A DNA stretch of 63,779 nt, the filler included, from Deltaproteobacteria bacterium (GTDB lineage: Bacteria > JAUYMQ01): the NCBI GenBank assembly GCA_030698575.1. It is 9 parts of 9 records of this genome, joined end to end, with 100 filler letters (N's around TTAATTAATTAA, not from the genome) between each part and the next. Parts side by side here need not be neighbours in the genome. Positions count along the whole stretch, not along the records: positions 57,214 to 60,885 come from JAUYMQ010000187.1; positions 60,986 to 63,779 come from JAUYMQ010000195.1; 7 more parts are not named here. One strand, written 5' to 3'. The position numbers and the translations under genes are program-made. A model generated the notes under the pieces. It worked only from the letters and a program-made list of their open reading frames with translations. It was not told the origin of the DNA and ran no database searches. Of this stretch, positions 59,478 to 63,779 are shown piece after piece. Position 1 is the first letter of the stretch; the number at the start of each line of letters is the position of its first letter.

Positions 59478-59794
59478 AAAAGATCCCGCTCACGCCGTAC
59501 CACAGCCACGTAATCCTGACGCGGACGGTGCGCGAGGCGAAGCGCGTCTACAGGCGCCTCTACAAGAGCGAGCTTGAACTCCCCCACAACGCGAGAGGGT
59601 ACACCGTCACTCTCGAACGGAAGGGGTGCGCGGACTCCTACTTCGTGTACGCGGGGTCGGTGAGCGACCTGGCACACGAGTTCGGGCACGTTCTCTTGTG
59701 GCTCTTCAAGGCGATAGGCTCTGACCCCGCCGAAGGCGGCGGAGAGCCCTTCTGCTATATGATGTCCTACCTCATGGAGGAGGCGAGAGGCTGA
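59474..59794 (+). CDS. Second phage HExxH protein
   Basis: LAHEFGH, EPFCYMM; ATGA overlap. Confidence 0.7.
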   Translation: MKKIPLTPYHSHVILTRTVREAKRVYRRLYKSELELPHNARGYTVTLERKGCADSYFVYAGSVSDLAHEFGHVLLWLFKAIGSDPAEGGGEPFCYMMSYLMEEARG

Positions 59795-60130
59795 GAGGAC
59801 GCGGGCGGGCGCCGCGTCGATTTTGTTACGTCACCAGCACCGCATCTATCTCCCTCACAAGATCCGCATCCGCGGCGGCCGCAGTCTCAAGGTCCATCTC
59901 CCACTCCGCATCCTCCCAATCGAGGGCGCTCCGACACCTCTTCAGTAGCGCCCGCATCGCGCCCCCGGGCGTCTCTCTCACTCTCTCAACAGTCGATACC
60001 CGCATCCCCCACCACTCTCTTTCCCCGCACTCTTGTGCGGATTGGGCCACTCTGGGCTAGAAATCACTTTAACACCGTCGCGTATCTGCTTCAGTGGCAT
60101 GCGTCACAAACATTGACAAAAACCCCCAGG

Positions 60131-60883
60131 CTAATCGAGCTTGAGGGCAATGCTCGCCGCGCTCTCGTTGTAGTAGACCATCAGGATCTTGAGGTCGGTG
60201 ATGCCAGCCATGCGCGCGAGCTCTAGGTGGTTGAGCCGCTTCGCGAGCCGCGTGATCGCGGTGTGCCGGGTGTCGTGGAAGTGAAGCCGCGCCACGGGCA
60301 CATGCTGAGCCGCGGCGCGCCTACGCAGGTCACGCCAGTGCGCGTCGCGCGTCTCGTCAGTGAGCCCCCAGACGCCGTTCAGCCCCTCCGCGGCCGCCTC
60401 GTTCCACAGGCGGATCGCCTCGAGCGAGAGGCCGACGTCACGCGCATTCCCGTTCTTCGTGTCCGGCAGATGGGCTACCCGGATGGTCGTGTCGACGCGC
60501 TCCGGGTTACGTCCCAGGAAGATGACCTCGCCCGAGCGCATGGCGGTCTCGATCGCGAAGCGGGCCGCCCGCATGACCTGCCGGTAGATCGGGGTGCTGT
60601 GCTTGTCGGCCACGGCCTGTAGGGCCGCGAGATCGGTCTCCAGGATCAGCTCGTCCCGGTGGGGTGAATTCTTCGGGCGCTTCGCGCCGGCCGCCTTCGA
60701 GAAAGGGTTGAGCCGGAGCCATTTCCACTCCCCGATGGCAACCGAGCAGGCGGCCGAGCAGAGGTTCCACTCCCGCCGGACGGAGGCCCCCTTGACAGGG
60801 CCTGAGACGCCCGCCACGCCCTCCAGGCGGCGGTCGCGCCATTCGGCCACGTGGGCGCTCGTGAGGTCAGCCAGGGGCACCAG
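60131..60883 (-). CDS. Tyrosine recombinase/phage integrase, 5' truncated
   Basis: AIETAMRSGE, LPDTKNG, HFHDTRH, VYYN. Confidence 0.9.
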   Translation of the reverse strand: MVPLADLTSAHVAEWRDRRLEGVAGVSGPVKGASVRREWNLCSAACSVAIGEWKWLRLNPFSKAAGAKRPKNSPHRDELILETDLAALQAVADKHSTPIYRQVMRAARFAIETAMRSGEVIFLGRNPERVDTTIRVAHLPDTKNGNARDVGLSLEAIRLWNEAAAEGLNGVWGLTDETRDAHWRDLRRRAAAQHVPVARLHFHDTRHTAITRLAKRLNHLELARMAGITDLKILMVYYNESAASIALKLD

Positions 60884-60985
60884 GGNNNNNNNNNNNNNNN
60901 NNNNNNNNNNNNNNNNNNNNNNNNNNNNNTTAATTAATTAANNNNNNNNNNNNNNNNNNNNNNNNNNNNNNNNNNNNNNNNNNNN

Positions 60986-61735
60986 GGCTCGCTTCGCGAT
61001 CCATTCGGATCGCCGTTTGGCCTGTTCCCACTGCTCCATGCTCCCCCAGGGCGGAACCTGGATGAGCAGGTGCTGTACGTCGACGGACTCCGGGACAATG
61101 AATTTTCCGGTGTTGTCTTCGTAGTAAGTCTTCAGGTCGGCGTCGGTGACCTGCGCCTGCGCCACAATGTCTTTCAGCACCCGGGCGTGGAGAATCTCCA
61201 CCAGGAGCGCTTTCTTCGCCTGGCCGCGAAAGTCCTCCCGCGACAAACCATTCGCTTCGAGCGCTTCCTCGAAAACATCCTCGGAACCCGCCCGCGCGAT
61301 GGACGCCTTCTCTCTCTCGTCGATCAGGTCTTTGTCGATCTTGATGCCCCGCTTCACAGCTTCCTGGTAGGCCAGCTCGCTCTGAACGGCGTTCTCGATG
61401 GCGCGATCGACCACGCGCTGCCACGATTCCGTCGCGATGCTACCGTGATAGCTCGCGGCGGGAAGAAGCTTTTCTATTTCGGACTTTACCGCGAGGGGGG
61501 TGAGGGGGACGCCGTTGACCCGCGCCACGACGGGTTCCGGCTGCCCCGCCAATGCTGCTGGGGGGAAACAAACGAGCACGGCCGCTGCGATCACCGTGCA
61601 CGTGTATGCAATTATCCACGGTCGGGCAGAAAAATACCAGACGCATGTGAAACGGGTGGCCGGGGAGGCGACCGCCCCCCCGGTCGAATGGACGCCAGCC
61701 GGCCCCCTCCAGGTTGATCCGCCCGGCCGCCACAT
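60986..61735 (-). CDS. SurA/PpiC-type peptidyl-prolyl isomerase, 3' truncated (start uncertain)
   Basis: Signal-like segment, VVARVNG, YQEA, VTDADLKTYYE, PESVDVQHLLI. Confidence 0.8.
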
Positions 61736-61744
61736 CGTGGGTCC

Positions 61745-62113
61745 TTACGGTGCAAAGGTGCGAATGTAGGCGACGAGGGCCGTGATCTCCTCTGCCGTCA
61801 GCATGTTCTTTCCCTTGCCGTAGGAAGGCATGGGCTTCTTCCCTTCCGTGATTGACTTCACCAGATCTTCATCGGTGAGCTCGCTCATTTTCGCCTTGTC
61901 GGTGTAGTCCCGCGGCTTCTTCTTGAGCGTTTTCGCCTTCTTGCCGTCCCCCTTTCCGGTATCGCCATGGCACTTCGCGCACTTGTCCAAGTAGACGGCT
62001 TTCGTTGCCTCCGAAACCTCCGCAGCGGCCGACGTTGCCAGCGACGGCGCCAGGAAGACCCCCACGGAGAAGAGCACCGCTACCAGGATCGTACCCAACT
62101 TCAAGCTTCGCAT
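61745..62113 (-). CDS. Monoheme class I cytochrome c
   Basis: AAGGAG RBS, signal peptide, CAKCH, axial Met in KPMPSY; Lys-rich. Confidence 0.92.
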   Translation of the reverse strand: MRSLKLGTILVAVLFSVGVFLAPSLATSAAAEVSEATKAVYLDKCAKCHGDTGKGDGKKAKTLKKKPRDYTDKAKMSELTDEDLVKSITEGKKPMPSYGKGKNMLTAEEITALVAYIRTFAP

Positions 62114-62192
62114 TATGAACTCCTTTCTTGCCTGCAAGCAGGCCACAGCCAGATATTTCCGGCTGAAATGCTATAACGAAAACAACCACCTT

Positions 62193-62279
62193 TTATTCTT
62201 CCTCCGATTCGACCAGCGGTATTACGATGGCCGCGAAGATGACAAACAAGCCTCCGAACGCACACCCCGCAGGTGAGAA
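62193..62279 (-). pseudogene. Remnant of a second NrfD-like C-terminus
   Basis: Diverged copy of 62414-62502; reads CAFGGLFVIFAAIVIPLVESEEE-TAA. Confidence 0.7.
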
Positions 62280-62285
62280 TTGCCT

Positions 62286-62383
62286 CTCCTTCAAGGGCCC
62301 TTTATCTCCCTTCACCGAGGTTTTATCTCACTCCAGCGAGGGGTCTTTATGTCCTCGATCTCCGTCCATCGAGGCCCCTCTAT
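62286..62383. repeat. Four degenerate 20-24 bp tandem repeats spanning the NrfD stop
   Basis: Units begin CTC and end TTTAT or CTAT: 62286-62305, 62306-62326, 62327-62350, 62360-62383. Confidence 0.5.
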
Positions 62384-63778
62384 CGCTGACACGTCAGGCG
62401 CTGGAGGCGGCGCTTCATCCTCCTCGGACTCCACCAGCGGTAACAACATGGCCGCGAAGATGAAGAACAAGCCTCCGAACGCGTATACCCCGCAGGTGAG
62501 AACGGCCTCGGTCAGCGTGGGAAAGTAGCCGACCGGTCCGGGCACCATGAAGGGATGCCCCACGAGCGACGGGACGACGATGTTCCAGCGCTCCGCGAGA
62601 ATACCCAGAACCACGAGAAACCCCGCAATTCCAATCCCGATGTCTTCCTTGATATGCCCCCCGCCGAAGAGTGCGAGCAATACAAAGGTCGCCATGCATC
62701 CGGCGCCGTAGACCGAATAGGCGGGGAACCTTTCCAGGGGCGACACAATCTGGAAATACCAGGCCGCCCCGGTGGCGGTGAGCGTCACCACCAGCCCGAC
62801 GCCGAGCACGAGGCCGCGCGGCAGGGCTCCGAGCACCGTCAGGAGCAAGAGCATCGGTAAGAGCAGGCCCAGGACCAGATGGCCCCAGAAGAACGACGCG
62901 TATGTCCCGTACATCATACTATGAAAAATCTGCAGCACCGAAGGTTCCGCGCTGTAGAAGGCGGTGAGCAGCTCAGCGAAAAGGAAGTAGCCGAGCACGG
63001 GGACGGAGAAAGCCAGCATCACGCCCAGCCGCCTGATCACCTGGTCCTCGATCTTCGGATGTTCGATGAGCCTTCGAATTGTGACGACCGAAAAGGTGAG
63101 CAGGGCCAGGCCCGAGACCGTCGCCGACACGATGAACAGGGGCGCCATGATGGAGGCGAACCAGCCCGGCTGGGCCTTCTGGAGTCCGAAGATCCAGGCG
63201 GTCACGCTGTGAAGCGCGACGGCCGCGATGAGTCCCAGACACGCCAGAACCTTCAAAATCCGCTGCTCGCGCTCCAGGGTCCGGGGCGAGAGGTCGGTAT
63301 GGCCGAGCGCCAGAAGCCGGTAGAACCAGGCAACATGGGGCTTGGCGTGCATGACGCGCACGAGATCCGCCCGTGTGCCGAGGTAACCGTAGACGAGGCT
63401 GATGACCAGATAGACGTTCACGGCCGTCACGTCCCAGAAGAGCGGAGAGCCGGGATGCGGATAAAGCATGATGTAGAGCAGCCGGTCCGGCCGTCCGAGG
63501 TCGAGCACGATGAAACAGATGGCGAGCAGCAGGCAGCTGATCGCCATCAACTCCGCGATGCGCGCCACCGAGCGGAAGTGCGCGAACCCGAACGCGTGAA
63601 CCAGAGAAGCGATCATGATCCCGCCGGCGCTCACGCCGATGAAGAAAACGAAATTGACGATGTACACCCCCCAGTAACCCGGACGGTTGAGGCCCGTGAC
63701 GCCGAGTCCGGTCGCGAACTGCCTGAAATAGACCGAGGCCGCGAACAGAACGACCAGGGCGAGCAGGAGCGCCAGCGC
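62312..63778 (-). CDS. NrfD/PsrC-family membrane anchor subunit, 5' truncated
   Basis: WGVYIVNFVFFIGVS, DLGRPDR, SPLFWD, LHSVTAWIFG, APLFIVSA, ERWNIVVP. Confidence 0.9.
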   Translation of the reverse strand, partial: ALALLLALVVLFAASVYFRQFATGLGVTGLNRPGYWGVYIVNFVFFIGVSAGGIMIASLVHAFGFAHFRSVARIAELMAISCLLLAICFIVLDLGRPDRLLYIMLYPHPGSPLFWDVTAVNVYLVISLVYGYLGTRADLVRVMHAKPHVAWFYRLLALGHTDLSPRTLEREQRILKVLACLGLIAAVALHSVTAWIFGLQKAQPGWFASIMAPLFIVSATVSGLALLTFSVVTIRRLIEHPKIEDQVIRRLGVMLAFSVPVLGYFLFAELLTAFYSAEPSVLQIFHSMMYGTYASFFWGHLVLGLLLPMLLLLTVLGALPRGLVLGVGLVVTLTATGAAWYFQIVSPLERFPAYSVYGAGCMATFVLLALFGGGHIKEDIGIGIAGFLVVLGILAERWNIVVPSLVGHPFMVPGPVGYFPTLTEAVLTCGVYAFGGLFFIFAAMLLPLVESEEDEAPPPAPDVSAIEGPRWTEIEDIKTPRWSEIKPR

Positions 63779-63779
63779 G

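Larger units (their letters stand above)
57214..60885. mobile_element. Prophage/phage fragment (whole contig)
   Basis: Tightly coupled ATGA-overlapping short ORFs, HNH endonuclease, phage-type metallophosphoesterase, tyrosine integrase; no host housekeeping genes. Confidence 0.8.

Noticed and set aside
60030-60130. att site or tRNA fragment downstream of the integrase
   Set aside because: AT-richer, but no tRNA 3' end or duplicated core could be recognised
61625-61650. Frameshift in a T5 run giving the PPIase a shorter signal peptide
   Set aside because: The in-frame ATG at 61735 has an AAGGA RBS, so no frameshift is needed
62286-62383. Mini CRISPR array
   Set aside because: Units are degenerate and adjacent, with no unique spacers and no cas genes

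Overview
This window is not one continuous locus. It is nine contigs joined by artificial 100-nt linkers (N44-TTAATTAATTAA-N44): 1-5033, 5134-11514, 11615-14653, 14754-28527, 28628-31790, 31891-36351, 36452-57113, 57214-60885 and 60986-63779. Gene neighbourhoods are therefore only meaningful within a contig. The DNA is GC-rich and looks Deltaproteobacteria/Myxococcota-like, probably a metagenome bin (inference). Housekeeping genes include mpl, thiD/thiE, ihfB, ydbH-ynbE-ydbL, pckG, tag, rmuC, an ABC-F, ispH, tmk and aguAB. Accessory content includes a type I PKS fragment with an N-terminal FabK/nitronate-monooxygenase-like domain, the start of a Sec/lipoprotein-type (clade II) nosZ, IS3 and IS5 elements, a prophage fragment, a ~2,730-aa TPR protein and a NrfD/cytochrome c/PPIase cluster. 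The best candidate for an undescribed system is a divergent cluster of a CCAEP-tail radical SAM enzyme, a DUF169-like protein and an ATP-grasp ligase, flanked by aguAB and nfuA (19.2-25.5 kb). Next is a RAYT transposase flanked by 33-bp REP-like palindromes, two copies of which supply the stop codons of host genes. A 31-aa bS22/mS38-like ribosomal protein gene behind a near-consensus sigma70 promoter is missing from the ORF track. All product calls come from recognising motifs by eye; no database search was run.
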